NCBI GenBank assembly: GCA_030390025.1
Contig: CM059432.1
Span: 86,492,001-86,556,000, forward strand
Direction of reading: 5' to 3'
DNA length: 64,000 nt
From: Squalus acanthias
Taxonomy: Eukaryota
A program made the position numbers and the translations under genes. Under the pieces are notes generated by a model. It did not search any database, had not been told where the DNA came from, and was given only the letters and a program-made list of their open reading frames with translations. Below are positions 1 through 13,860 of the stretch, in pieces; position 1 is the stretch's first letter, and the number at the start of each line of letters is the position of its first letter.

Positions 1-3000
1 CATTAGTAAAGGCCTGATATTGGGCGAAAGAATCAATACAGTGCTCAGTTAACCATGTCCATTTGTGGGAGTTAAGTTGGGAAATAGCTGGACACAAAGT
101 CAGGCTGGGAGTAGCTCACACATAAAGACTTCCCAAATAGGACTAGAAAAACATGAAGACTAATTTCAACTGTAAACACCGCTGAAAGATTCAGACTGGA
201 ACAGCAACATCAAGGACAGGGATAAGTCATAATGCAGAGAAAGTAATGAGGGGAGTAAAAACATTTGGACAGGGCAAATAAGAAAGTAAAACAAGCCACC
301 ATCATGATTTTGTGATTATTTTACAGGTAATTTGTTTTGCAGTTTCACATGAGGGTTGTGATGACTTTTTATAATGCATTTTGAGTAGGATAAGGTTTAT
401 TTTTGAAAATCATTCTATCCCTGACATAAACTTGGAAGGAATCAAGAATCACAGCTCAGACTGATATCATGTGAACATTCCAAAACAGTGCCAAGAGAAA
501 AATAAACCTCTAAGTACACCAATTACTCAGTCTATACATTTTCAGGATATTGAGGGATAATCTAAAGGAAGTTAAAATTAAAATAACACACATATGCACA
601 AGAAAAAACATTAGGGATGTAGGAATGGTGGTGATGGTTCTTTACTGGGAAAAAGTTAATTTGAAAGCATCTTCTGGAGACATACTATTCAAGGACCAAA
701 AGAATGTTCATGTTACTGAAATTCTTAAAGCCACAGCTTGTGAACTTAATACCGGTGTGCCCCGCAGCAGGTATAACGCAGCTTAACATTTCTTGTAAAA
801 AGGATCCACCACAACAACATCCCACAAACAGGTGAATGAAGGCAGTCAGGTTCAATAATGTCAAGCCAAAATAAGTCTGAAAACGACATAGTAATTGTTG
901 AGGCTGTAACACAGGAATGTTAAGTGTACTGAAGATTATTTCATGAGATTAGATGTGAGATTTTTCAAAATTTAAAACAAAAGCAGCTCAAATAGCTGCA
1001 AGTATTGAATGCTAATGTGCACTGGAGTGAAGATTATTATATGTTGGATACCATTATGCAAAAATGGCACCTTTCAAAGAAAACGCAAAACAATTCTAAT
1101 TTGTTTTTACCATTTACACTACCTAAAAGCTAGTCAATGTTTTAAGTAAACCAGCCAAGTTTTCTATCACTAGCAAGAAAAATCCTGATCTCCCTAGTTG
1201 TCAATTGTTTTGGGAATAATAGAAAAATGCAATATAGAAGAACTGAAAACAATTACACATTATTCATCTGAAAAACTAATTTCATCTAAATCTTTGCAGT
1301 TTTTCCCAGTATCATACAAATAGCGATCATGTGTTTTATTTTTGTTATTATACTTATTGCAAAACATTGATTGTTAATACAGCATTCAATGTGCCCAGAC
1401 CAGTAACTATCATAGTATAGTGTGGATTCATGACTAAAAGATGACATTTTAAATCCTAGTCTTGACTTACACTCAGACTCTTAAGACTTCCCCTTGTCTA
1501 AAGGGAGGGAAGAACAACTGTCTGGGGGGGTCCACTGCAGCATTTCTCTGGGGTGTTTCCTGGTGAGTTGACCAAGGAATTACACTGCTACCATTTACAG
1601 TCTATAAACTGACTATTCTGGCCTTCCAACTGAGAATAATGTGGATACAGGAATACGAGCTGGAAGAGGGAGGACTACTGAGAAGCTCATATATCGTGCT
1701 AACAGAAAGTTAATATTTCTAATAATAATTACTGTCAAAATGAGAAAGGAACAGAGAGCCATCAACAATTTCCAAATACTTTGGTCACATAATCAATGGT
1801 TGCATGTGGAGTCCAAGCAATCTAATGCACTATAACACACATGTATTAAATCATTTAAATTGATTTCCCCTATCATTTATGTAACATTAGGAGTAGTAAG
1901 TCCTGTCATGTGCTAATATGTGAAGCAAAATGCACAAATAAATCTTTTGGCTGTAAATCTAGCTTTTGTTTGTGATCAAACTAACTCCCAATTTTCCAAA
2001 ATTAAAGAATAAACTTGAGTGTGATTTGACTGTAGTCCTTCCTAAAGTACTAAAGATTTATAAACCAAGTCTGCTTTCTAATGTTTAGCAAACATTCTGG
2101 CAGTAATATAGACAACTAACTTCACCTTTTCTATGCAACTTTATCAGTTTAGCGCTAGCAAAAAACGAATACCTGGATAATTTAATTCTGTCAGTGTAGG
2201 AAGGAATGCTTTTAAATTAAGCTTGATCAGTCTACCAAAACCCTGTCTTCTCTAGTGAAAATAAACTAATCCAGATTGATCTGAATCACTGCAGCAAGTC
2301 TACACATACCAAAATGTTGATGGCAATTAGTTCTTATCAGACAAAAAGGGTAGGTGGTCTGTTATTAAAACCTGGAACAGCTGATTTGGATTACTGAAGA
2401 GAGAGAAACTGTAGTTACTTGCTGGTTCAGAACATCAAATAATGTACAACTACTGTAAGTAATGGTTGATTTTAGTTCCTGATAGACTCTTAACAATGGT
2501 TTGTGTTTTTTTTAAATACTACAGTATTTTAAATCTCTTAATGTTAGACAAATCTTGTTAGACAAATCTTGTAGGGACTATCAAAAGCAGATTGCATTCA
2601 TCTTATCAAGGTTTGAGTTTCTTTTCCATCTTTAGGTAGGATCTGGAGCAAAGTTCACTGTAATGAAACATTGCTGTAAAATATTTGCTGACTGTAGTAA
2701 TGTTTCAACAGCAAAATAGTCAAAAACACACCAAGTTACAAACGCTTCACTTTACTTCAAAAATGCTATGCACTGAGCAATGCTTTGTGTCTCTATACGT
2801 TTCTCTATTTCTATTTAACTGCCCCCCACGCCCCCCTCCTCCCCACCAACTTTAACATTTTCACTAAACCACTCACCGTTCCCTGGCTGAGTAGGCCAAC
2901 AGGTGACTTATTCCTAAGGCTATTAACCATGCCATTCTTGAGGTGACTACTTCAGTTGTTGTGTAGGAACAGCCTGTATGACTTACCATCCAATTTTCAC

Positions 3001-3351
3001 CTATTTTAAACTTCCACTTAGTGCCCCTGATAGCATGGCTGAGATTGGGAAAAGATATGGGGAAATCATGGTTCTAAATCTGTGCTCCACCTGAGTGCAT
3101 TGCAGCCTGACCATCTCAAAGTCTACTTGTTAACACTTTAGCCACATCAGCCAAGTTCCCCTATCTGACTAATTGTTAGTGTGTGTGGACAACGACTTGT
3201 GACCAGGACGAGGTTTGATTGTGATGCATCTCACAGTAAAATAGCCAGCAACTGTCCAGATAATTCTTAAAGGTTTTCAGCAGGAATTATTGATCAAGAT
3301 ACAAGTCTAGCTACAGCATTATTAAAAGGAGTAAAATTAAAAATGGTTCAA

Positions 3352-4035
3352 TTTTAAAGGGGGTGCTTGTGCACAAATCTTTGAAGGTGGCAGGACAGGT
3401 TAACAAAGCAGTTAATAAAGCAAATAGGATCCTGGGCTTTATAAATAGAGGCATGTAGTACAAAAGCCAGGAAGTTATGCTAACCTTATATAAAACACTA
3501 GTTCGGCCCCAGCTGGAATATTAGGAAGGATGTGAAGGTTTTGCAGAGGGTACAGAGGAGATTTACTAGAATGGTTCCAGGGATGAGGGATTACAGTTAT
3601 GTGGATAGACTGGAGAAGCTGGGGTTGTTTTCCATAGAGCAGAGAAGGCTAAGAGGAGATTTGATAGGTGTTTCAAATCATGAAGGGTTCAGATAGAGTA
3701 AATAAAGAGAAACTGTTTCCAATGGCTGAAGGGTCGATAACGAGAGGGCACAGATTTAAGGTGATTGGTAAAAGAACCAGAGGCGACATGAGGAAAAACT
3801 TTTTTATGCAACGAGTGGTTAGGATTTGAAATGCACTGCCTGATAGGGTGGTGGATACAGATTCAATAGTAGCCTTCAAAAGGAAATTGGATAAATACTT
3901 GAAGGAGAAAAAACTGTAGGGATATGGGGAAACAGTGGGGGAGTGGGACTAACTGGATTGCTCTTCGAAAAAACTGGTGCAGACTCGATGGGCCGAATTG
4001 CCTCCTTCTGTGCTGTACTATTCTATGATTCTATG
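3352..4035 (+). mobile_element. 5'-truncated CR1 LINE 3' end
   Basis: Decayed ORF2 C-terminus (LEKLGLFS.EQRRLRGDL, TRGHRFKV) and (ATTCTATG)n tail. Confidence 0.9.
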
Positions 4036-4716
4036 AAAAGGGTAAAATGTTAAAAAGTCAAAGGGTAAAGAGAACTAAAGTAATACTGATTTTCATCACT
4101 CCTGCATGATCTTAGACTTGGGGTCTACTCTTACATATTCAGAACGGCTACTTGGACAAACCTGTGGAACAAAGCCCCAGCAAGGAGTCAGTGCCTTCTG
4201 TGAAGACATTGCAAAGTATGGAAATACATAGAAAGGAACGAGTATTACTCTTTAAAAAAAATTACATTGTGCAATTTTAAACGCACTTCATTTTGGTAAT
4301 AAATAGGGATAAACAACCTAAACTCAGATTAGATATATAGTTTGACCTGACTGGAAAATACTGTCAAATCCAACAATTTAAATGAAAACTTAATTCTGTT
4401 TCATTTTTGGATTGCTTGAAGCTACAAGACGACGTTTCTCATTTCACCCAAAACCAAAACTGTGAACTATCCAGGATTAATATGTTCTATTTATTAGTCT
4501 TGTACGACATTCAAATCTTCTAATATTCCTTAAAATGCTCTTATTTTATTAGTGAATGCTTTTTTTGGCACAAGTTACAACCAGGGGCAACCTATAAATT
4601 TAGAATTTAGAATTCCATATAAGAAGAAAGGATGCAACTGCTGCCAACGAACCAGAAGTGTTCTTCACACGCGCGCTTCCGGTTCGTCATGGGAGCGGGC
4701 TCATTAACATTTTTTT

Positions 4717-4929
4717 AAAAGTCGGGAAGGGAGTGGGCTGGTTAGAAAAAGCCAGGAAGGGAGTGGGCACGTGAGGAAAAAGTTGGGAAGGGAGTGGGCT
4801 CGTGAGAAAAAGCCAGGAAGGTAGTGGGCTCATGAGAAAAAGTCGGGAAGGGAGTGGGCTCGTTAAAAAAAGCCAGGAAGGGAGCGGGCTTGTGAGAAGC
4901 CGGGAAGGGAGCGGGCTCGTTATAAAAAA
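4717..4929. repeat. Minisatellite, about 7 copies of a ~30-bp unit
   Basis: Repeated AAAAAGCCAGGAAGGGAGTGGGCTCGTGAG-like units. Confidence 0.9.
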
Positions 4930-5743
4930 AGCAGAAACATCATGCTTCCGGTTGTTGGAGTGTGCAGTACGCTTCTGCGCAGCTTCAGGTCGTTGGCAGC
5001 AGTCACTCCAAATAAAAAATACTCAATGTTGCCATTGAAAACCAGAATTGGATATTTTCCTGTTTTAAACTTTTTTTTAAAGAAAAACAGCAGCTCATCA
5101 TTAGCTGACTGGATATTACAAGTGTACCACATTTAATAATGATATTAAGTTGAAACAATTTCACAAGTTGGGATGTACAGAAATTTTGGGGCACTCAATC
5201 TTCTTTGGAACAAAATGCTACCAAATGCAATACATGGTTACTTTTTACTGGTTTAGAAAGTCGAACAAATGTATTATTCGAATTTTCGTGCAATATACTA
5301 GAATGTACGTTGTAAGGATCTGAATTATCCTACTTTCACTTCACAAGAAAATAAAAGGCATTTGGTTTCTGAAAGCTATTTTGTAAGTTACTCTAAATGC
5401 ACTTTACTACTATTTTCATTAATCCCAGAACCACACTAGTTTTGCTGTCTATTATGTTCTGTTCTGCTCATCCCTCTCCACCCCACGACAATTTCGACTG
5501 TACTATTAGGATCTCTCTCAACTGCTTCACTCATCCGTGACACCTTTGATAAGCCTGTCTGCACAGACCATCCCTCTCTTTTCCAGCTTCTACAACACTT
5601 TTGTCTTTGGACAAACTCAGTGCTGCATCTCTGCACTCGACTCATCAGAGAGACTGATTTTCCTACAATTAAGCCTTCTCTTGATGTCAGACACTCACCC
5701 TTTAGCCTCACACATTATGTGGTCCAACTATAATAGGTATTTT

Positions 5744-7385
5744 GGCCTAGAAATTGGCCCACTTACCGCCATGAGTTTTTGCTGTGATCCAGTCGAAAAA
5801 TGGCAGCTACCACTCTAGCGCCCTTCTCTGGCACAGGACTCGGCGGCCACCATTTTGGTGAGGGCCTTAGTGGATTTTCTGGCCGGGGATGGAATCATAC
5901 GCCTGCGGTACCAGTGACCACAACCCCAATTCCCCTTTCAACATTAGTCCCACACCTTACCTTCCCTCTGTTACTGACCATCACAGCGACCTCTTGGCCA
6001 CGATGCTGAAATAAAAGCCACCACAAAGCAAACTTTCCAATCCAACTTTATACATCTATCCATCCAATATGACATCAAGAAATCAACTCATCACCCTTAT
6101 GCATTCCTTTAGTGACTGTTTTATGTGTGCATTTCCCTATCCTACTGATGTCACGCAGTGCTACCCCAGTGGCTGCAGCATGGCTGGTGGAAGGCTGCTG
6201 ACTTTCAGTGAGGGACACTGCAAATAGCCTTCCTATCGACCTTGAGGAGCTGGTGGCTGGGAGAGTGAAATCAAGTGATGGTGTTTCTTCTTCTTCTTCT
6301 TCACGCTCCTCTCCCTCTTCTTGGTCAACCACTGGCTGGGCAGGCTGCATTTCTTGGGTGTGTGAAATGAGGAAGGCACAAGGGTGGAGTTGTGGTGAGG
6401 GGAGGGCTGGAAAGCAAAGAGGTGCATGCGAGAAGGAGGATAACATATGAGGATACCAGCATCTTGTATTCTTTCAGCCCCACCGCTGGCCAAGGGCTCA
6501 GCCATCCCTCTGCCAAGAATGCCCATCACTGTCTCCTCCAAGGTGTGCCTCGTAATTGCTACAGATTGTTGGTAGGTGAGTGATGGCGGGGGTGGGGATG
6601 GGGGTGGGAGTCGTGCATTGAGTAATGTGTTAGGCTAGTGATGCAGTTGGTAGGAGACGGCTTTTGAAGATGCATTCACTGACCTTGACCAGTGGTCTGA
6701 GGTCATGAAACTCCTTTGGGCACTGGAGCCAGGTGGTGGGGGCGACACTGCTGGCTGTGACAGCCTCGGTGATGTGGTCCCACATCGTTCTTTCTGGAGG
6801 GCCTCCTGGCCCCTGTGGGTAGAGGACCTCTCTTGCAGTGTTAACCCCCTGCACAAAGCTGGAGTGCTGCGTGTGAGACCCTGGGTGCCCCTTCCCTGGC
6901 TTGCTGAGCATTTGTGTTAGTGCTGAAACACTTTTCCCATTTTTTTTTTTAGGTGCGGAAGGAAATTCAGCTTTAAGAGCGGAAAACTCCCATTTGAGAA
7001 TTCTTTTTAATGTTCATTTTTTTTTCAGAAGGCAGTTGAGCTGTAAGGGCTAAAAATTGCATATTTTTACATCATTTTTATTTTTTTTTCATTTCAGAGG
7101 ACAATGCATTGCCCTTTTAAGATTCCCACAATGCTTTATGAAATCACAGCTTCGCTTTCAGAGGCTGTTCTAGTAACAACGCCGCTTGGGCACGCCACAT
7201 TGGAGCCTCCTGCCAGGACCAACGCTACCAGGACGGCATTCCACGGTACGCTAAGCGCGGGGCTAATGATAATTAGTCCCCAGCGGCAATTTTTCAGTCC
7301 TGCCAGCGGCACCATTTTTGGCGGCCATTAACCCCCGGCCGCGGTGACACCGGCAGCTTTTGTGGCGGCCACGAATTTCGAGGTC
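5744..7385 (-). mobile_element. Internally deleted PIF/Harbinger element retaining a Myb/SANT gene remnant
   Basis: Imperfect terminal inverted repeats (TIRs) GGCCTAGAAATT and GACCTCGAAATT (rc), TTT on both flanks. Minus-strand AREVLYP...WDHITEAVTASSVAPTTWLQCPKEFHDL and EEEEETPSLD resemble the Harbinger Myb-like protein. Confidence 0.75.
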
Positions 7386-10300
7386 TTTGTTATTAAACCA
7401 CAGGTCACCCTTTTATAGCTGTTATGAATCTGTGCACTGCATTGTACTATATTAATAAATTAGCACTAACAGTCAATAAGAAACGTATTTTTAAAAAGCA
7501 TTATATAATTGGCTTTCTGCCTTTTAAAAAAAAGTCACTCCCCACCTTTCCTTCCTCCAAAGTTTTACCTCCTTTTGTTCTCCCTTCGCTGTGACTACAG
7601 TATGGATAAGGGATGCTTACTTCTCTAAAAGAACTGCCACCAGCACCATTTAGTTGTCAGATGTGTGCCTGGAGCTGTGCAGGATAGACAATGTCAGTTT
7701 TCTTCTTCCCTATGGTGGGAAGTGCTTTGCCTTTGAGGCACAACAATAAGCACCCCGACTGAGAACTGACAAACTCATCACATTTGAAAGCTAGCGGGTA
7801 TGAGTTCAGGAACTATGACTGGAAGCTATGACTGAAAGGCTGTGAAATGTGCACACTAATCAACGGTCAGCTATGGCACGCTCACTTTTTGGGGCCACTA
7901 CTATTAATCTGGTATCAGCATAGGTGATGCTGCTGAGTTAAAGCTGCATTCCTCTCTCCCTAAGTTAAAAATAAAACTCCATTCTACCTCTCCATATAGT
8001 GCGCACAAAATACCATTACATTCTGTTTAATTACTAAGATTAGGCTAACTGAAAAACTAGAGATAAAAAAAAATTCTTAAGTTTGCAGAATACAAGAATA
8101 ATACCTCAATTCCAGAGAGAGTGCTATTTAAGAATGTTACATTACCACTGAATTTGTGAAAATGGGCACATTAAACACAGTAAAATTATTTTGCTGTATA
8201 TTTTGAATTAATTTCTGCCCAATTCATATTTAATAGTTTCATAGTATGAAAATGCAATTAATTGCACAAATAAGGTTCAGTGAAAACTACTGTTCAACAC
8301 CTCAACTGAGAGAAGATAGATTTCTAAGTGTTCCAGCACTCCAGGGCAAACCAGCTTTGAACTATGTCAACATCCACAACTTTTCATTGACTTTTCTTAA
8401 AGAGCAGCAACACGATTACATGTAGGCAACAAACTATTTAAAGCCATTAATAAAACTGTTCATTTTGATCTGTTGTGCTATCAAGTACTGTTTTACCAAC
8501 TAAAATCACTAAACTAATTATCATAGTGCTTTGCTCCTTTTAGCAAATGGCTGAAAGTGTTCTGATTAAATCACCATCTGAAATGTGAAACCAAGTTCTT
8601 TTCTTGGACTGGACAATTCTGCGAGGGGAAAACTCAATTATTTTAGATCTTTATGAACTGTAATAGTTCAAAGGAAATACTAGACTAATTTGAGTTAATC
8701 CCCCTCATTTTCAGTGTGTTCAACAATTTTAAGTTAGGAGCTTGAAAACAGTTGTCATATACTTTTAGTGACTGATTGTATCATGGCATTACCTTGTATT
8801 GTCTGTGAGTCCTGGAAAAGGGGAGTGGGTTTGGTGTAAATGACAGTGAATGGCTTGCATAAAATTTCCCCCCTCTTCAAAGAAAAGCTGATGCAACTTC
8901 ATGGAGGTGCCATCAAGTTGACAAATGGGTGCTGTGCAATCCTGTGCCTCCCACTGAAATCTGACCCGCGATTTACACAATATCATCCTGTAAGGAATGT
9001 TTAACTCCACAGCAGAGTTTAGACTGATCTACATTAGGTAATATAATCCATTTATTGTACACTTCTGCTTTAATTTAAGTAAAAGAAATATTGAAAAAGA
9101 ACAATTTATTCTGATTCCATTTGTCAACCCAGTATTAAAAAAGGGTCCAATGCAAAGAGATCTATGGTTTAAGGGTCATTAATTAGTTACAGGCCACTAG
9201 CATGATACAAAAATGTAGTGAAACCAGAATTCTATTGCATTAGTAATGATAGACCAGAGCAACTACCAGATTTATAGGCCTCTTATAATGGACTGATCAA
9301 GCAGAGCTAATTTTCTCTTTTTACTCACTGTCCACTGTAACCCAACAAGGTCTCTTCTAATTTCCAATTCTGTTAAAATAAGAGATTTAATTCTATTGAT
9401 GTTTGTTCTTTAGCTTTCACTGAATCATCTCTCTCTGGCTTTCCTGATCTCTGCCAGTTTCTCAGGTGGTGAAGGGTTGGAGGTTAAAACAGCTTTACAA
9501 TCAAAAAAAATCTGTACAATCAACCTCAAGAAAGCCCTCCCCAACTCACCATTTTGTATCCCTGCTGTTTCCTGGGTGTCGGCAAGTCAGAGGTTAGAAC
9601 AACGTTACAATCAAGAATTTGATTTCAGGCTTACAATTGAGCTTAACTGCGGGCTCTGCTCACCAGCCTTCCCCGACTCAGTGCTTCCCAACAGCTAGAA
9701 CGGTAGTTTTCCATCAGCCCTTTCATAGTACCAATATGACTTGAGGCTACAAAATAAATATTCTGAAACTGTCTACCCTACCAATTAGCAATTCTAATAC
9801 TGTTCAAACTTGGTATCGATATATCAGGTGCTATATCAGTGATAGCAAAAACTTGCAAATTGTTCTTTTCACATTTTTATTTTCAACTCAAAACATTAAA
9901 AAAATTAAATATTTGTAGCACTACATGCAGTTATTGAAGTTGTTGTTTTCGTATCTTCACACTCTTCCCTTGGAAAACAGTGATGGATTTGCAGGCTGAT
10001 TAACAGTCTGACAGGCTGCAATGTGAACGTTCATTCCATGCCAATAACCAGCTTTATACCAGCCGATAGGATGGTTAATCCGACACAACAGGAGGGGTTT
10101 TTGGGCTCTCACAACCCATATGATGAGGGGGCAACTCACATCAACCAGTCATGAGTATCCTGCTGGATGTCAACCCAGAATTCCGAGCCGGAGCTCCGGT
10201 CTCCAGAACTGTCTCGAGTGGGGTTCAAATTCTGCACCTTCTGACTTGGAGGCGGGAATGTTACCAGTAAGCTAAAGACTCAATCCAAGTTGTTGAAGTA

Positions 10301-10442
10301 ATAACCTTATTATGTTGAGGTACACCTCTACATCCAAACAAGGTTTTATTTTACAGAGAAGATATACTCAGCCAAGTTCACAAAAAATCAGAAATCCTTT
10401 AATTATAGTAATACCCTTGCCTAACAGTACCTTTCTCCAAAT

Positions 10443-10905
10443 ATAAACAAATAATGCTGAAAATACACAGCAGGTCTGTCAACATTTGAAAAAGAAAAAG
10501 CCGTTGGACATTTCAGACAGAAAGCCTTTGTCAGATCTGATTGAACACCGACAGGAGAGCCCCTTTATAAGGCTAACCAAAACAAAGGGAGGGAGCGGGG
10601 CAGGGAGAACAGCAGGAAAAGGTCCACAGTACAAATATACTAACTTCATAAGAGTTAGCTGATCTCAGCCAGAGTAGAAGTACTGGTACAATGGGCCTCA
10701 GCACTGCAAGCTAGGGAAAGGAAAATAATTAGCCAAGGTTTTCAATCCTAATCACCATTTAATGACTCCAGCTGGAAGGATTTTATTTTAAATTCATCTT
10801 AGGATAGGGGCATCACTGGCAAGGTTTCTATCTGAAACATCCAAAGGCTTTTTCTGTTTCAAATGTTGACAGACCAGCTGTGTATTCTCAGCATTATTTG
10901 TTTAT
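10443..10905. repeat. ~85-bp inverted repeat (10443-10528 and 10821-10905) from a Penelope-like terminal sequence
   Basis: The arms are reverse complements with a handful of mismatches. The left arm runs into a degenerate hammerhead core on the minus strand (CTGACAA...GAAATGTC). Confidence 0.85.
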
Positions 10906-11527
10906 TGCCCATCCTTAGTTGCCCTCGAGAAGGTGAGCCTGTTCAGACATCAAGCGACAATAGGATAGAGCTTGCCTGCAATGCACTCCACGGTCAAAAA
11001 CCTTCTAACACTCATTATCCAGACTCACACGCAGGAATGGCCACCTCAGTGAAGTACGGGAGGTTTGCTTCCAAGGAGCACACAACTGTATCCCAGCATG
11101 AGTCAGCGCCTTCAGGTGGAAAAAATTGGGGAGCAAAATAATTTATTTTGAGCTTACCCAATGATAGTGTTGTATTAAGCTATTACTGACCTCAGTGAAT
11201 CCAAATTAGAAAAAGGAAAAAAAAGTAGGCCAAGATCCAGTGACGCTTACTGGAAAATGTGTGTGTGGACTTTGGTTGAGGACAGGAATAGGCTCAATTG
11301 TGATGCCATTTCATTTCATATTGCCTGATGATATTCAAATGTCTTAACTCACACATTAGCTCTAGCCACTTGACCAAGGCACCAGAGGGCTGTCAGTGCC
11401 ATGGAGCTGTACATGACCATTAGTCTTCACACTCTATTATGTCATTGCTTTCAGACAACCAGGATAGGCCTTGGTGGAATAGGGCCAACCCAACCCAACA
11501 GGTGTAGATGTTTGTAAAAAGGCTGAA

Positions 11528-11987
11528 AGAAAGAATGAACTTGCATTTATACAGTGCTTTTCACGACCTCAGAATGTCCCAAAGCACTTTATAACCAATG
11601 AACTACTTTTCAGTGATTGCTGTTACTGTTGTAATGTAGGAGACGTGGCATCCAATTTGCACACAGCAAGGTCCTGCAAACAGCAATGAAATAAATTACT
11701 AGATAATCAGCTTTAGTTGTTGGCTGAGAGATAAACATTGTCCAGGACACTGGGAAAACTCCCCTGCTCTTCTTCGAATAGTGCCATGGGATCTTTTACA
11801 TCCACCGGAGAGGGCAGACGTGGCCTCAATTTAGTGTTTCATCTGAAAGAAGGCACATCCAACAGTACAGCACTGCCTCAGTAATGCACTGAATTGCTAG
11901 CCTAGATTATGCGTTCAAGTTACTGAAGTGGGGCTTGAAGCCACGACCTTCCGACTCAGAGGCAACAGTACTACCACTGAGCCACGA
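11528..11987 (-). mobile_element. tRNA-derived Deu-type SINE (SacSINE1-like), near full length
   Basis: Minus strand has box A TGGCTCAGTGG and box B-like GCTTCAAGCCC, a central domain shared with 48760-49080, and an L2-like tail ending in (TTTC)n. Confidence 0.85.
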
Positions 11988-12376
11988 AATGAGATTCAAC
12001 TGCTTTTGCATGTTCCAAATGCAGCCACTACATCTCCAGCAATGGCTTCTCTTTCTGCCTCCATCGTCACCTCATGAATTAAGCTTTATCCCTGATCGTA
12101 TCTAATGTCTGGCTCATTAACGCATAAACTCCTCTTTGTATCAACGGCTACAGCACATTTAAACCCCTGCAAACCCATTTTATTTTAAAACAGACCACTT
12201 AAATGTAACTCCAAATCTTTTCTGTGGAAAAAGTATCAAAAAATCCTGAATCATGATAGGCACATACGAGACAGCACTGCTAGAATGAATCTTGTAACAG
12301 CTTTGGGTTGACAATACTGTGTCTCATTATATCTTTGTTCTTTGGTACTGATGATACATAGGTATTAATATCTATT

Positions 12377-13017
12377 GGGGGGAAAATTGAGTTGTGACCC
12401 CTTTGGGGCGCTAAGTAGCGCCCCGAAAAAATTAGCGCCCCCGCAGCAGAAATTCATTGGTAGCGCCCCAAGAGGGAAGCGGGGCTCTACTGGAAGCGCC
12501 CTACCTCCCTCTTGGGGCACTGCGAGGGAATATCGCGGCGCTACGTCACGCCGCGGTACTGCAGGCCTTCTTCCCCTTCTTAAAGGGGAGGGGCCTTGCG
12601 CAATGCGACCCGGGGCCCAGCTGGGCCACCAGGGATCGGAGTGCCGGCAAAAGAGCCCGGCACTCAATAGAAGTGCTGGGCTCACGGAGCTCAGCCGGCA
12701 CTCTATGGGGGGGCTGAAGAGGAGGCAGGTGCTGGCAGGCGGCCAGCAACAAAAATGGCCACCTGGCACCTCGCCTTTAATTAGCGCCGCCCCAGCCACA
12801 GGTAGGCCCCCCTGACCCCGTCGGACATAGCGTCCGGCGGTAAGTCAGGGGCGCTACCGAAGATCGCGGCTGGGGCATGAGCGGGGCGCTGCTAACCTCC
12901 CGCTGAATTTCGCGGGAGGCCTTGGTGGTGCCGCGCCCGGGCGCTAGTTGCTTTGCGCCTCGTTAGTGCCCTCTTAGGGCGCTAACGGGAATCGCAAAGC
13001 AACCGAATTTTTAGTCC
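12377..13017. mobile_element. GC-rich non-autonomous Harbinger-type element (MITE)
   Basis: Imperfect TIRs GGGGGGAAAATTGAGTTG and GGACTAAAAATTCGGTTG (rc), 3-bp TSD ATT, repeated GCGCCCC/GGGGCGC subterminal motifs. Confidence 0.75.
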
Positions 13018-13619
13018 ATTATGTTTAGGCTATAATCATTATCCCTATAGTGTCATTCATTAATCTGGTGTTCTTGTTCAAAGTGCCATGCAAACATCAA
13101 GTGATTGAAACTACAGGAATCATGAGCTGAGACAGGGTAATTTGCAGTTATTTTCAGGTTTCATGCTTGGCATTTAAAATAGTGTCCCTGGCAGTTGATG
13201 TAGGTCATAGAATTGTATTATGGGGCTCTAAATTTAGTATACACGCAGTCTGCCACTTGAAGAATACAGGGAACTCAACAATGACATAACAATGTTCGCA
13301 GACAACTTGCACCTCTAATTATTTTGTAAATTGAATGTTATGGCAAAAAAAAAAGCATTTGAGCTATGCAATGCCAACAAAATCAAGGACCTTAGAGAGG
13401 AAAGGGAGATAGTTGGAGAACATTTATGGGTTGAGGATGGGCTTTTGAAGGAGCGGGTGACCGTTTGGACCCTCCCAGGCACTTTCTGAATTTACATGAA
13501 GTTTTTTGAAGTGTTTTGTGAATATGAAAATCTCGCCCAGGCTCCCAATACTAACCAAGAGAACACCTCTGTGTATGTGTTTAAGTACAAGTACTAATGG
13601 GCAGAGTTCTCTTCAATTT

Positions 13620-13860
13620 CTCGCCAGACAGCATGAATTAAATTCTGCCAGGTTGGATAGATTCTGTAGCTACTGGTCTCAGCTGCAGTATAAATGCAGT
13701 CTAAGTTATGAAGAAAGCTTAAGGAAATTAGACTTCTTTGCTATGAAAATGATAAGACTTCAAGGTGAACTTTTTGAAGTCTTCAAGATTATAAAGAAAA
13801 ATGGTAAAACTAATCCAAGTAATTTGTTCACATTGTTGAAGTGTTCAAACATAAGGGACA
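13620..13860 (+). mobile_element. Old CR1 LINE fragment
   Basis: SYEESLRKLDFF...RLQGELFEVFKII is a decayed CR1 ORF2 C-terminal motif. Confidence 0.6.

Noticed and set aside
4717..4929. CRISPR-like periodicity and a repetitive ORF (SQEGSGL)n
   Set aside because: Head-to-tail units without unique spacers in a vertebrate intron, so a simple minisatellite.
11915..11987. tRNA-like sequence with A and B boxes
   Set aside because: It is the head of a SINE, continuous with the SINE body, and no full cloverleaf is evident.
12365..12815. Overlapping 144-146 aa ORFs on both strands and CpG-island-like composition
   Set aside because: They lie wholly within a TIR/TSD-bounded GC-rich MITE. Stop-poor composition explains the ORFs and no domain is recognisable.
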